Made by a program: the position numbers and the translations under genes. 64,000 nt of DNA, taken from Amphiscolops sp. MND2022 (taxonomy: Eukaryota). Below, one piece after another: positions 13,879 through 27,929 of this stretch. Location: the NCBI GenBank assembly GCA_964187785.1, contig OZ076409.1, positions 60,576,001 to 60,640,000 on the forward strand. The letters are read 5' to 3'. The notes under the pieces were generated by a model, which was given only the letters and a program-made list of their open reading frames with translations, made no database searches and was not told where the DNA came from. Each line of letters starts with the position of its first letter. Position 1 is the stretch's first letter.

Positions 13879-14169
13879 TTATGAGTATCCATCGCGTTTG
13901 AAGGACAAAACAGTCATCATTCGTTTTAAAAGTTCAGAGTTTTTGAAGATTGTTCATAATACCCAAAGAGAGTTCATGCATTGAGAAAATAATTTCAATC
14001 GAGACTATACTGTATTATTACACGCGTGTTAATAGATGTAAAATAAAACGTTGCCAAGTTCAACAAATCGCGTAAAATAGTCATACTAACAACTCATGAA
14101 ACAATCTTTAACGTAGTTAAAGCAATGACTCACAAAACGCGTGAAATGATCAAGTTATTTAGTGTGCTA

Positions 14170-14332
14170 CACTGTTTGACTAATTTACACCAGGTAATTG
14201 TGTAGTGAAAAATTGTGTAATTTAGTCAAAGTCCGTAGGAATGCATAAGTGCGTAATGCAGTCAATTAGCACAATTTTTCGTCCCGGAAAATAGTGTAAA
14301 CTAATCAATTAGTGAATTTTATTCATTCAGTG
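14170..14332. mobile_element. Short putative MITE (CACTG...CAGTG flanked by TA)
   Basis: TA|CACTG at 14168-14174 and CAGTG|TA at 14328-14334, with internal TTGTGTA/AATTAG repeats. Confidence 0.35.
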
Positions 14333-14429
14333 TAACTAATTATCACTCGGTGTAATATGAGAAAAAGTGGAAAACTGTATTTACCATAATAATTCACTGT
14401 GATTGGTTATAAATGCAAGTCGCAAGATC

Positions 14430-17400
14430 AGGGAAGTTGCTTGCCGGGATACGTATCGTAATGATTGAATCTGAGATTGTCTATCCGGCAGTTGGGGTTG
14501 CTCTATTCCGGATTAGTTTTCGTCTGCACCCTCCAATTCAGGTGCTTGGTGTAGTGTTCTCCCTTTCAAGTGATAAGTCCAAGATATCTTCTTCCAGCAC
14601 TGGGGTGCTGCTTCTCTCCAGATGTTCTAAGTTCTGTTGTTCTTGGTGATGCTAAATCGTCCATCTGGGCCTCGTGGGGTTTCCCCCTTCTTGATAGAGG
14701 GTTCTGAAAATAAGGATTCATGGGTTTGCAAGCTCGTTTTCAAGGTATTATTTTATTTTCGTCTGCTAGTATTGTATATTTGGTTCCGGTTATTGCCGTT
14801 TGTGTCTTCTTTTCGTACAGTATTTCTAGTCGTATAATTTATCTCGTTTTTTTTTCGTTCCTTGAAATAGGTACGGAAAGTTAATACAAACATTTTATTT
14901 CCAGTTTTCTCGGTGTTTTTGTCACCAGTTGATCATACGGTCCATTTCCGTTTGAGAAAGAGTAGACTTGTAGTGCCTCCTGTTTGGCTGAACCAACATT
15001 TTTTTCTGAATTGTACTTGGGTGATTGTCTATTTCCGTCCTAAGATTTCTACCGTAGAGGCGTTCAAACGAAGTTTCTTTCATCTTTGAATTCGACCGTT
15101 CTTTTCATTGTATTCAACGGGTGCCTCAGTGCTTCGTTCATTTCTTTGCCATCCTCTAAACGTGTTCGCAGAAAAAATCTTCGGGGATTTTTATGCCTCA
15201 TTCCACCAGTCCGGTTGGTGTGTGTATATATGGTGTCCCGTATATCACTTTTATGTTTAAAAACTTACAAAAATGTCTAGAATCGTTCCGGTGAAGGCAG
15301 TGCCTTAATTTCGTTGTATACGTTTGTGGTAATCCGTATAAGGTAATGTATTGTTTCATAAATTTTTGCTGTTTTTCCGTTAGGTGTTTTGCATATACAC
15401 GCGGCCACCTCTCTGGCAAACCGGAGTTTTGAAATTGGTATAAAAATCGCCGGTGCTTCAATTTTATCCGGCGACATCCAATTGTATTTCTTGATTTGGT
15501 TTTTCTGCCGGGGGTAGGTAATTTTTTCCGTAATCGGTGTTTGGGCTTGAATGTTTCTACCTGCTATTTTTCACGGGATAAATTTGTCGCACTTTTATTG
15601 TAAATCCCTCTGTAGTTTTGACTAACAGAATAGTTCTGCTACCGTTGCCATTCTGTTTATGGCCGCGTGTACTTTGTGGAATAGCATACTGATTGTTCCT
15701 CGTATTTCTTGTGGTATGACAATCTTGCTGTCATGGAATACCACATTGAATCGCGTCGATAGGTTTTTAAAAAGAGATTCTACTCTCCCGGTATCTGGAC
15801 CAGTGCGTTTCTGTGCAGACAGACCAGCGTCTTCAGTAAATTTTCAACATCGGCTTTTTCGGTTGCGATCGTTTTTAGTTCGTTTGTGAACTTCTGTTCC
15901 GCCAGTATTCTCGTGTCTTTCAGGTTCCGAGTTTTGTCTGCTTGTATGTCGCTTACTTGCCCCATCTAGACTTATTGCACTCCTGATGTTCCCAAATATC
16001 AATTTGAATTGATTTCTGGGACGTCGATTGAGTCGTTTGTGCTGTTTGATAAGGGTTCGAGTTTTTCTAGTGTATTGCGTTTTTCTGATTGGTTTTCGAT
16101 CTGGAATATTTTGCACGGCCCCGTAGGTCTTTAATTTGTCGTTCGTGTGCTGTAGTTCTCATTTTTTGAATAACTCCTTTGTAAGTGTTCTTGTGACTCT
16201 TTGTTTTGTTTTTCCATTTTGTCCCAGGTCACTCTATTTCTCCTCTGGTGAAGTTCTATCTCTATCGATCCTGCATTTCTAGGCGATGTTGTTGGGTTTA
16301 GTCTAGGTAGACTCGCAATTTATTAGGTCGTCTTCTTCGTAGTCCTCGATTGGTTCAGGCTTTGATGTTGGATTACTGCTTAAATAGTTGGTCTGATCTA
16401 AATTTTCATATCAAAGTGTGCTAATTGATTTGATTCTTCCATCTTGATAATCGTGCACTGTACAGTTTATTTGGTCTAAATCTTTTCATCAGCTTATCTA
16501 GTGCTTGATGGCTTGTTAGCATTTTGATTGGATTTTCTGAAGTGTGTAAATGAAAATGTTCCAATCAACAGACTATTGCAAGTACTTGTAGTTCATATTA
16601 TGCGTATTCTTTTTCGGAATCGGATAGAAAACAGCTTGCGAGTGGTTTAAGATTCCCATCTTTTTGTCTTTGCCAGTGCCAGAGTGTTGCTGGCAGTCCA
16701 ATCGTACTGGCATCCGTTGTTATTATTTTATCCTTTTGTGCGTTATAATGTGCAAAGCATGGTAGTTTGATTATACACTTTTGAAAGCACTGAAAACTGT
16801 AGTGTTTTTTTCAGTCCAAATCTATTCGTTTTGTTTCTTTAGTAATTTCCTCTAGTATCTCAGCGTTTGTTGACAAATTCTCGATTTATTTTGACAATTA
16901 ATGTATCGCCCTAAAAAAAGGTATCAGTTCTTTCTCGTTTTTTTTTGTAATATTAGTTTTTGTCATCGCTTCAAGGTTATATGGTAATGGCCGTATCCCT
17001 TGTTGATTCCGTGTCCTATCCATTTGAGTTCTCCTTTTGAGAATTCAATTTTTTGGTTCTAAAATATATCCGGCTATTTCCATTTTCGTCCTTGTTTACT
17101 GTAATTCGGCTTCATGTTTTTCCATGTCTCCTTTCATTACAATTTTTATATCATTTAGCCAAGCCGGGTGCTTGTGTTCAAGTGAAGGTCTATCCATTTT
17201 TGGAAAAGTGTTGGAATGTCTGCCAGTCTGTAGAATTCCTTCAGAAAATGGCTACACTCCTGTTACGCCAAACATTCATTCCTTGTTTTTTGGTCCAAAT
17301 TACTTTGCTTGTAAGCTTAATTGAAGTCAGCTAGGATTTATCCATCCATTTTTTCCGATGTTTTTCGTACTTTTCGTACAATCAGTTCTTCCACATTTGA

Positions 17401-19100
17401 GCTTTTTAATGGTCACATCTTTAAAGTTTTTTGAAACCAGTGCAATTTCTGCCGATTTGTCTTTTTTCACCATTATCACCGCTGTGATTACGAAACAGTC
17501 TTCTGTAATATCAGTTGCCATTTCCAGGTAGCGGTGATCAATTAGTAGTTTGAGTTCATTTCCTATTAATCCTGGCGATGTTTCGCAATAGGTCTTCCCT
17601 TTTGTTAGATCATATGTGCCCCTTTTTTCAAGTTTACCTTCACTGACAGATTTTTTGTTGTTGTGGAAGTACTGTACAGCTTTATGTTAAGATTTTGCAT
17701 TGCGTCGTTGTTTGAGATTTGTTTTTTTAAGTCGTTGCATCAAGTCCGATTGCCTTAACGGGGATGTTTGCGCTTTTGTTGTCAGCAGCAACAGCTCAAT
17801 TGTCTCTTTGTTAGTTTCGACCATTGCTTTTGTTTGTCCTGCGAATTGAATCTTGATTCTTTACATCTTTGTAAGTAGTTTCGAGTGGTTTTCTTTTGGT
17901 TTGCTCGTTGAACAGACCATGAGGGAATAGTGTGTCCGGTGGGTGGCTCTCTATGATGAAATTTATTGGTTCATTCTCAACAATAGTGTTGCGTTATAGA
18001 ATCCCTTTTTTTGTTTTTCATTGTGGTTCCTCTGAATATTTTCGTAATCCCAGTTGACTCCTTCTGCTGATGATGTTTCTCTGTCGACGTCTTGGAATCC
18101 TTCCAGGGATCTGTATGTTTTCTCTTAATTTACCTTTCTTTCGCAATTTCTGCACTCTGCTGTTTTTGCCGGGCAAATTTGGTGTCTTGTCCAGTTCGGT
18201 GCGCCGCATTGTCCATATCAGTTGTCTCTCCGTTTGAATTTTTGAATAATTTGCTTGCTGTTTTCCGGTCTTCTCTTCGAGCTTTCTTGACTTGACTTTT
18301 CTGACCATTTTTTTAAAGGGTCTTTCTCGAACATGTTTTATTCTTTTTCGTTATTGGAATTGTTTGGGTCGTTTAACCGATCGTACGAACGTTCTTGTTT
18401 TAGGGTTGTTATGGTCTCGATTGTCATGTCGCTCTTGCGAAACTTTCTTACGTTCATAGTGCTAATAGTTCAGCTTGTGTGACATTGTTGAACTCGCAAT
18501 TTTTTCCCCTTGTGGTATACTCATCCATACGTCTTCTGCCGATTCGTGTTTTTCTCTTGTTGTTCCATTGAATTCAGCTCTGCTATGGAATGTGTTTCGT
18601 TGTGGTATGAAGTGTAACAAGAAAAATGTGTGTATTTGGTTTATGTCGATTCTGCTTGGATCATTGTCTCTAACGGATCTCTACACATCCGTTATTGCCG
18701 ACTTGCCTAACACCCAGATGAAAAGATCGTTTATCAGTTATTCCAGATCATCTCTATATGCCTTTAGTTTTTCGCGGTTTGTGGTCATTTCGTTTAGGTC
18801 AAAATTTCGTGTCTTTTTTATGTACTGTGTACATCACCGAAATTTTGCGTCTGGGATACAGCGTTTCTAGAACGTCGGTACCGTAATGTTTTGGTGGGTT
18901 TTCTCGTTCTTGGCATTTCCTCTTTCTACTGTGTTTTCTCCGCTTGAGGAACTCGTACTCTCTGATGACTCCGCCATGTTCTAACTAGACTTGAAACAAT
19001 AAAGAAGTTGATATACGCTGAATATTCTATTCTCAACAGTGTTATTTTTGGAATGGTAAGTGAATATGTCAGTGTTAGATTCATGTTACTATATTTCACA
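14430..19100 (-). mobile_element. Heavily decayed Ty3/Gypsy element (gag-pol remnants), related to the element at 1-1478; outer limits approximate
   Basis: Minus-strand remnants: integrase VIYGTPYIHTPTGLVE (~15200-15250), RT-like CFVITAVIMVKKDKSAEIAL (~17440-17505), and gag-like IPQRNTFHSRAEF and FIWVLG that match MPKRNTYHSRGDF and FIWGAG of the first element. PBS-like TGGCGGAG abuts an LTR-like segment starting at 18977. Many stops and frameshifts. Confidence 0.8.
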
Positions 19101-20474
19101 GACAGGTACTACGCTGTCAATTAATACGTTACGAAAGATGTAAAAGTTTCAATTTTTCAAGAACTTGTTGTTTTGGTTACAACTTTATCCCTGTGGGTGC
19201 AATAAAAGGCTCTAATCACTCTATCACTAGCTTAGTCAAACTGTTATAACAAAAAATCATTTGAAAGAGGAAACAAAAAAGCAATAACGAGCAGTTTGAA
19301 TTTTGCTACCATGAGCAAGTCACTTCGAAATTACAGCTCAAAGCTGATCGTTCCTTGACCAATTGGCAGCCCCTTATGGTACAAAAAGAGCACGGACAAA
19401 ACTGCGTAGTCAGAATTCATCCAACGGAGATAAAGATCAACCCCTAAACGGTCAATTTCAGGGCCATGCTCAAGGTTCAAAAAGTGCAACATGTTTGAAA
19501 TGTTCAGAAAAAACTATTGTGAAACTTTTGAATTATCACGCAATGCAATAAAATATACCGCAAGAATACCCCCGAGACTCGAATTAGTTGTTTAATGAAT
19601 TAGGAACGCCAGAAAACCCATGCGTTGAAAAAAATCAGAAAATTTTCTCCTCTAAATCAAAAGGCCCTCTGAGTTCGCAAAACTCTTTATCCAAAAACTT
19701 CTTTAAAAAAGGGGTACGCTTTGACCAAAACAAAAAGTTACGAAAAAAACACAGTGCCAAAAATACGTATAACCTTTCCACGGGCGTTGAAAAAAAAACA
19801 AAAAAACTCTCATCCGTCCCACAGGACCAACTAATAACCAAACATGTCACCCTTGAGGCTTTGAAAACGACAGAAACCCTCGAAAAACCAAAATTTAAGT
19901 TTGAAAATTCTCATTCAAATATTTTTGTTTTGAAAACTTTTTATTCGAAATGTTGTCTTCCATCAATCGCTTAGTGCCGGAAAACTTCAAGGGGCACTCT
20001 ATGCTCGTAAAGCCGTTTGTTTCTGCTAAATATGGAGGATAACAACGCAGCTTGAAAAACAATTCGGAAAAAGTCGCATTGAACAGAAAAAGAACTCAAA
20101 TATGGAGCCTTGGGTATTTCCGGTACCTTCGCAAAAATCTTGGTTTAGTGCGGGTTTCGAACCAACGCCCTCCCGCTTCAACATCCCCTGAAATCCGCGT
20201 ACGCTGGGTGGGAGTAGGTTTACAAAATTTATGAAACATGACTTATTTCAAGAGGACGTTACAGGGTGAGAAGAAAAAAAACGTCGAAGTTCGGTTATAG
20301 CGCATTTATTTCGAACCTCCGTACGCGGGGTTTCAGCTTCCGACAATCCAAATTTCTCGAGTTTCCGTTCCAATATCCAATGCGTATGTTTTCATGAACA
20401 AGATTTCAGATCTGCGGAGGCCTTTTGGCAACAATGTTTCCTTACTTTTTTCTCCACCTGAAAAGAATCTTGTA

Positions 20475-21354
20475 TAGTTGGCCGCAAAAAAATGAGACTA
20501 GGAAGAATGCATATAAAATTTGAACTACTGAACGTATGAACTTAATAAATGTATGCTTTTGAAGATAAATAAATGGACTACAAACAGATAGCTTTAAAGT
20601 CTAATTTGTTTTCCTTTTGAAGAAATAACTTCGTTTAAACGAACTGAAACTGAATTCATCAAATTGGACCTCATTTCAGATGTCAAAATGTGTTGACTTT
20701 CTTGAATTTTTTCTCTCAATTCGGGAACATTTTTCGGGGTTTTCTTATCAACTTCTTCAATATCTGCCACACATTTTCAATAGGGAAAAGATCAGCAGAA
20801 CTTGGTAGCCATTACAAAAATTGAATAGTTTTCAGACAACCAATTTTTTGTTTTTGCTGACGTGTGTGGGGTGCTTTCATGAACTGAGATGTTGTCTTCA
20901 GCTTGAAATCGGTTTGCAATTTTTTTGCAGAAATATGGGGATTTTTGAGGGCAATTGAGACAGCTTTTTGAATGAATTTTCCCTTAATTTATCTCGGGCG
21001 TTCACTTCCTTTTCTTCTTTTTAGAGATTCTCCTTCACGAATTTTTTTCAGCTTCCGAAAATTAGTTGATCGAGAAATTTGCGATGTGTCAAAGGCAAAT
21101 TGGAGCTCTTCCAATGTTTCCATTCCGAAATAATTAGGTAGCAACTTTGCAATGCAAAAATACTTGTTCGGCAAGAGTTTTCGTTCATTCACGAAGTACC
21201 AGTCCGACTAATTGACTTTTCATTTTGACCGTTTTGAAGCTCAAGGCCATATCTTTCTTTTTTGTTTCTGATGTTCTCCCCTAAAATGTCTCCATGAGGT
21301 TTTTACAAAGCGTTATAAAACAGGTGGCCAGTCTCATTTTTTTGCGGCCAACTA
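20475..21354 (-). mobile_element. Internally deleted Tc1/mariner-superfamily DNA transposon
   Basis: Perfect 25-bp TIRs (TAGTTGGCCGCAAAAAAATGAGACT) flanked by TA on both sides. Transposase fragments RRKGSERPR (GRPR-like) and WLPSSADLFPIENVWQILK (SPDLNPIE-like). Confidence 0.88.
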
Positions 21355-21999
21355 TAATAGTAAACGTAAATACCACAAGGCTACTACACCTCTTGTCATT
21401 GTTTATACACCTCTTCTTAAAAGCTATAGCAGTGGTTTTTTTGTGGTGCTTACAAATTTTCTTTCAATCCTGTCGAAGTGACCATTAAAAACTCTATAAA
21501 AAAATCCATGGTATGAGTCAAAGGGCTCTCATTTTCATTTTTCGACATGTTCAGCCAGATTTAAACTCATATTGTGCTTTTTTCACACTGTGAGCTTATT
21601 TTAACTCTTTTACTTCCACAAAAGAGTCCGTAATGTGGTTTTTTGAGGTTTTCAGTTCAAAAGAAGCCTTCAAGGGATCATCCATTCTGGGTTTTTCGAC
21701 ACTGTGAGATTGAGATTTAAGGGATGTGTCGACTTTTGCTGTTCCCGGCATAATTATTTTTCGCCGCGGAGGTTCGAAACAATTGCACTTTATCCAAATT
21801 TTGACGTTATTTTCGAAGTTTTACCAAGGAGGATGTAACTTGTTGATAAAGTGTCTATTGTTAGCCAATTGAAAGTAGAAAATATCCGGGTGCATAGCGG
21901 GCGTCTTGTTCATTATGATGCTGGAGTGATGTTCAATCTTGTTAGGTAGTTTCTTACGTCGAACGTTGGGTAGCAACTTTAGTGTCCATGGTTTATCAG

Positions 22000-22320
22000 A
22001 AACAAGCCGGGACCCGCCCAAGTTGGCGCCATATCCAAGGCTCAAAGATATCAAAAAGATTTCAAAGTGTCAAAGTATTGAAGAATTGGGAACACTTTGA
22101 GTAAAAACATTTTCTTCGAAAAAAAGTCACACTGACGAAAAAACTCAAAAGGGGGACCCTTTAGTCTTGCCGGTATTGTATGTTCCGCGGAAAAAAGGAA
22201 AAACCCTTTTGGTTCAGTTCCCTGGGCTAACAGGTTTTGGGCACTTTAAGTGTATCAAAAAAAAACTGACGAAAAGCCATGACTATGGTCAACCCTTCTT
22301 AAGAAAAGCGCTGATTGAAA
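22000..22320 (-). repeat. Copy of Helentron-like (HINE/DINE-1-like) interspersed repeat family
   Basis: Begins with the reverse complement of the family 3' end (AAACAAGCCGGGACCCGCCCAAGTTGGCGCCATATC) and contains the GGGGACCCTTT core. Confidence 0.65.
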
Positions 22321-23949
22321 ATGTGTTGAATATTTAAACCAATACCGCACTTGATCTTTCTCCTTGTAACGACTATAATTTATTCAAATATAATTCAAAT
22401 ATTTATTTTTTATTGACAAGCTAAATTAACTTTTTCGTAACTCTTTAGTAACTTTTTCGTTTTTTAATATGTTGCTATGTTGAATCGTTAATTTTTGACA
22501 ATGTTTCATGATTTTTGGAAATTGAATTGTGGACATTTCCTCGAATCGATTATTCAATTTGAAAGAAAATGGGAAAAATTTTGCCGCTACGCAACAGTTT
22601 AAGGGTTTCTACGAATTTTAAAAATCTATTTAAGCACTAGAGTTTGCTTCAAAGTTGAACATTGAAGTTTTTAATTTGAAATTTGCATCTGTTGTTAAAT
22701 TGGTTCCAACCATTTATCCAGCAATGAATTATGTTCTGGAATTGTCAAAAATTGTTCAATAGGAATTGTCTAGAACATTCTAGAACAATCCAGAACATTT
22801 TGCAACAATTTCAAGTTCAATAATGCCAAACCCTTTCCAAAGTGTTAACGACAGTAACGTCATATGAATTCTACTCCCAACTTCATATAGAACTTGTGCT
22901 TTTCTGAAGCTTCGTGCCAAAATTTCCGGCCCGAATCACAACGTGTTATCAGCCACCCATCTTGGCAACTCTGAGAACAAATAGGAACACATAAAAATAG
23001 TCAAACGAGGTTCGGCTTGGTCCTGTTTCCCTTATCAGTAGTTATTCGCAGGAGTTAAAGCTGTTTCAACAGAACGTAGGTTATATGTTATATTCAATGT
23101 AGTTGTAGATTACTCTACATAACGTTGTTGGCTTGTAATCAGGGACTATACCAAATTGTTTCCCGCGGTTTTGAGTTTAGTTTTCCGCGGAAATTCTTAC
23201 CATGAGAGGTCACGCCCTGGGTACCGTTGATCCCTAACTTCCCCATACAATTGCGCAATGGCATTGGCGCAGATAAAAGAGTGTCGACATACACGTGATA
23301 ACTGTGTTCACAAACTTCATTCTAGTTTCAAACTCTTTACTAGCGGCCGGGCAACTTACTGTGAGTACAAATTCCTTGTAACTATACAAGTATAAATGGA
23401 TTAATAAGAAGCACAGACAACGTTGCGAAAATGATCCTAAAACCGTACTTTTTTTTCCAAATTCCTATTCAATGAATTTAATTTTCTTGACGATTATATG
23501 TATATTGCCCCCTCTACCAAAAAAACATAATATGTCTAAACATCTTTTTTTTCTTTGCTTGCAATACAGCTAGAATCATTTGAAATTTTTTCGAAAAAAA
23601 ATAGTCAACCTGTCGTTTCTCAGCTGATACTCATTGCAAATATAAGTTTTAAGAACCATCATCGAAAACAATGATAGAGCAAATTGAATATTTTTAATCT
23701 GTCTCATTTCATTTGCTGATTAACTATCGAATTTTGTACAAATATAGAAACTGGATCAAATCATTTCGAAACGAAGGAAATTTTGTTTATAAACATTTTA
23801 AACGAAAAGATCAACTAAAGCCCTAAATGATTTTGCAACTCTGAGTACAATCAAATTTACTATTTAGACTATTTATTTTGTTCACCCCGCATTGTTGTTG
23901 TTTTTGCTTCAGAACACGAACTAGTCTCCCTTTCTCTCTCGCTCTCAAG

Positions 23950-26929
23950 ATGGACAAGCTGTCAGAAGAAGAGATCAGTGAGTTGAGGGACGCCTTCACC
24001 CTGTTTGACACCAAGTTCGAGGGGGTCATTCCCGCCTCAGAGGTCAGTAAACTGAACTGACCTATAGCGCCGTTGAATTATAAGTGTTATAATCAGAGTT
24101 GGAACCGGGCCCGAATATTCCGTCCCTTCTCGGCCTGGCGCGGTCAATGGTTTTGAAAATCCTCCTCTAACAGACAGAGAATGAATTTAATTCGGACCCT
24201 TTTATTCTACACCTATCGAAACACAGGTCCGGTTCTAACTCTAGTTATAATAGTATATTATTATATGCTCTCGCTTCCAGTTCCATAATATGTAAAAAAA
24301 TCTTATGGAAATTAAAAATCTGAGTATATGGAATATTTTTGAGACATCTGATCCAAAATGTGGAACTGAATTCATGAGTTTTCCAGAATCCTTATAGCCA
24401 TGCATCCTTGAATCATGTGTACTTTTTACAACCATTGAATAACTCTTGCCATGACTGAAAATGATCATGGATAGAAATCCGTCTCTAAGTGGTGTACCTG
24501 GGTTATCTAGAAAACATACAGTGTTTGTTTCTCTTGGTATAAGACATACAAACCCCGGCCGTTTTCCTCATTGTAACATACTTCCTCAATTTTTAATGAG
24601 AACTCCCATGACATCTTCCATGTTTCGCTCATTGGACAACACAAGCACAGCCCTCCTCTCAGCAGGATACAGCGTGAGCTAGTGTAAACAAGACGGGAAC
24701 GTCTAAAGTCGGCGCTATATCTAAGGCTCAAAAAAGCGCTAAGTTTTTAAACTTGTAAAAGGGGGACCCTTTGGGCTTTTTGAAACTTCAGTTTGCTGCA
24801 AATTATCAAAAAACTTGAAGGGGGGACCCTTTGGCGACAAAAAAAATTTGAAAATTTTTTGAAAAAAAATTCAAAAAAAACGAAAAATGAGAATTTTGAA
24901 AGTCTCACAGTGCCGAAAAACTAGAAAGGGGGCCATTTGGGCTTTTTGAAACTTCAGTTTGCTGCAAAATATCAAAAAACTTGAAGGGGGGACCGTTTGG
25001 CGACAAAAGAAAATTCGAAAAAAAGCCGCACAGTGCCGAAAAAAATTCAAAGGGGGGACCCTGTAGTCCCGTCCGGTTTTGTATCTTACCTTAAAAATTG
25101 AGTACACGAAAGGGGGGGCCCTTTGCAGTAACTCAGATGTGATTCCGCTTGCCGGTTCAGTACTTTTAGTAGTTCTGTAAAAAGTGTCCACTACGCATAC
25201 ATTCTGTGGTTTGACGAAAAAAAGAAAAAAACTACCCACTGTAAGAGTCGGGCACATTTTCTACTAAAATGCGCCGACTAATAAAAAACACTGCACATTA
25301 CAAAGAACAAGTTTACATTCGACTATCAAAAACCCAGTCATAACTGATATTCTGCTGCCTTGTTACATCTGCTGTGGAACTGAAGTCAATAACATTTCGA
25401 GAAAATGATTGAAAGAAGTCATGTTTTTTAATTGAAAAAAAATAGTTTCTTGAAAATTCGTTTATCGAGGAATGTAAGGCACAATTGAACGGAAGAATTC
25501 CTCAATGGTCATACGTAATTTAGCATATTGGGCGAAGAATAGAGCAAAAGACCTTGAGCTATTCTAATATCATACCCACAGAATATCGTTCAAAACCTTC
25601 ACAAAACGTTGAAAGATTGATGAAAATTTTTTGCTACTTTCATTTTTGGGACTTTTTGTGAAAATTCAGTCACAAAAATCCTTAGAGTATACTACTATAC
25701 TAAATATTTTCGTGGCTGAATGTATGTTATGAACTATGGCCCTCAAGTATAAAAATATAGTATGAATGTATTAATTAACAGGGCTGTTAAGTTGATTTTT
25801 GGCTAATCAATAAATTAAGTATGGGCGGAAAATGATTAACCATGCTTCATAAAAAAGATCAAAGATTCGGTTTCGAGACATTTCATCCTATGCAATTTGA
25901 ACCGTTGCCGTTTCAACCGCTCACAATTTCAACCTATTATATTTTCAACTTTCTACAATTTCGACCTATACTAATTTTAGCTAACTGATCCTAATTTCTA
26001 AAACCAATTATGCTAACTTTTACGCCAGTTTTGATGAGATTTCGGCTTCTTCATGAATAGATACCATTAACTAAGCCTATTTGATTCATTACTAACAATG
26101 ATAATGAAATAATCCTCAACCGAATTAGGATTAATTATCTCAAATTAGTTTAGGTTGAACATGCAATAGGTTGAAATTGTCGTCTTAGTGCAATTTCACT
26201 CACACACACCAATCAATCGTCTTAGTGGGTGACCCAGTGATTGCTATTTGTGGTGTAGGTGGGCAACCTGGCGCGTGCCATGGGTCTGAACCCGAAGGTG
26301 GCTGACGTGAACAGTATGACCGGAGCAGATAAGGAGCCCAACAAGAAGGTGAAATTCGAGGAATTTGTGCCCATATACCTGGACCTGCAGAAGATCAAGG
26401 ACGAGTACAAGATTCCAGACTACATCGAGTGCTTCAAGGTCGGTACCTGGTAAATTGCATCCATCAGAAGGGAAAGAAAGGAACGACATTTTAAAGGAGA
26501 GTGTATTTGAAGCCTCTATTTCAAAGTTATTTTAAAGTGTATTTCAAAGTTATTACCCCCAGCTTCTTTTTATCTGCAAAATATTAATGATAAACTTTAG
26601 CTGCATAGCTCCTCACCTTTGCCGAAATCATTTCCTACTTTACCGGGTATTTAAAAATCCTTTAATTTCAGCCAATTAAAAGCTTCGGGAAGAGTGATTT
26701 TCTTGTTTCATACAATATTGTGACTAACTTTCGTTCACAGAGTTTGTGTGACCACGAGCACAGTGGCCTGGCCGAGGCGGCTGTTTTTGCCAAAATGGTA
26801 CAGAAGCTGGGAGAGAAGCTAGAACAAGAATACGTGGACCAGGCCTTGAAGGGATTCGAACCCGACCAGGATGGAAAAATCAAGTACATCGATGTGCTCA
26901 AGAAGGTAATGGAGGAAGCTAAGAACTAG
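23950..26929 (+). CDS. Myosin essential (alkali) light chain-like EF-hand protein, 3 coding exons, 153 aa
   Basis: Exons 23950-24042, 26259-26438 and 26741-26929 with phase-0 GT-AG introns and branch point GACTAAC near 26722. Sequence features: ELRDAFTLFD, VGNLARAMGLNP, KFEEFVPI, LGEKL, DGKIKY. Probable 5' UTR intron 23361-23912. Confidence 0.88.
24686..25282 (-). repeat. Helentron-like interspersed repeat copy inside myosin light chain intron 1
   Basis: Subterminal inverted repeat AGTCGGCGC/GCGCCGACT, terminal hairpin GACG-TTCC-CGTC on the minus strand, internal GGGGGACC tandem units. Confidence 0.75.
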
Positions 26930-27929
26930 AATCGATCGGCTGTAGCCTATCAGAGAATAGATCCGACGATGCTCACACAAAGACAGGATAATGTTCTATT
27001 TCTATTTTTCAATTTCTATTGCTTTTGAAATAATGTATCTCTTACTAATAATTTAGTTCTTTGCCCCGGAAGAATGTTGGTTTTTTGAAACTCAATAACC
27101 GTAATCAGATAGAACTGCGTCGCGAATTATTTTGAAGAGATTTAAAAACGACTTTAGTCCCGCGCCGCTGTCAAATATCAAGTACTGAAATTACTTTTTT
27201 AAAATTCACAAATGCAGAAATGTGAACAATTCAGATGATTCGGTAATGATGTCGGAGAAAGCATTAATAGAAAAGAACGCTTAAAAATCTTGGTCACTTA
27301 AAATTCACTCGAAATTTCTGTGAACTATGTGCACAGGTAGCTGCCATGTCCGACATTCTCATTACATTTTTTCTCTTGAAACAAGGTTTTCATACTATGT
27401 TCATGATATGAAACATGATGGTCATAGTATGATCATACTATGAAACATGGTCGCCATGGTAAGATCTTGGCAAGATCATGATCATGAAATGACCATGATC
27501 ATAGTATGATCATACTATGATCATAGCATGGTGAGTATGTTTGGTCAACCTGGGAAGTTATATTTTCACTGTTAGATAATGTCGATCTTAAGAATTCGAA
27601 TGGATGCTTGGAAGCTTTATTGCGTGAAAATTAGTTTTTAATGCAGATAAAAAAGCCATTCAACAGGAATGACAAAACTGGATTTTTTCTAGATTTCCGA
27701 GAAATTCTGTACCTCCGATTACTCAACGATGGTATAACATGGTAAAAATTTGATAAATGATTTTTTATTTCATTGAGAAAAGGAAATGAAACAATCGTTG
27801 TTTATCTTGAAACCCTAGCCGAATAAGAAGAAGCAAATAGAGCCCGATCAATGAATATTCTATTGAACTTTCGCATTAAAGGCACAATTGTTCTATTACA
27901 GTTACCTTAATTTCTCGTATACTATTTTT

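Noticed and set aside
24871..25257. 128-aa ORF and similar ORFs at 57958-58302, 19588-19974 and 52510-52995
   Set aside because: They lie in interspersed or tandem repeats, have low-complexity translations and show no domain signal.
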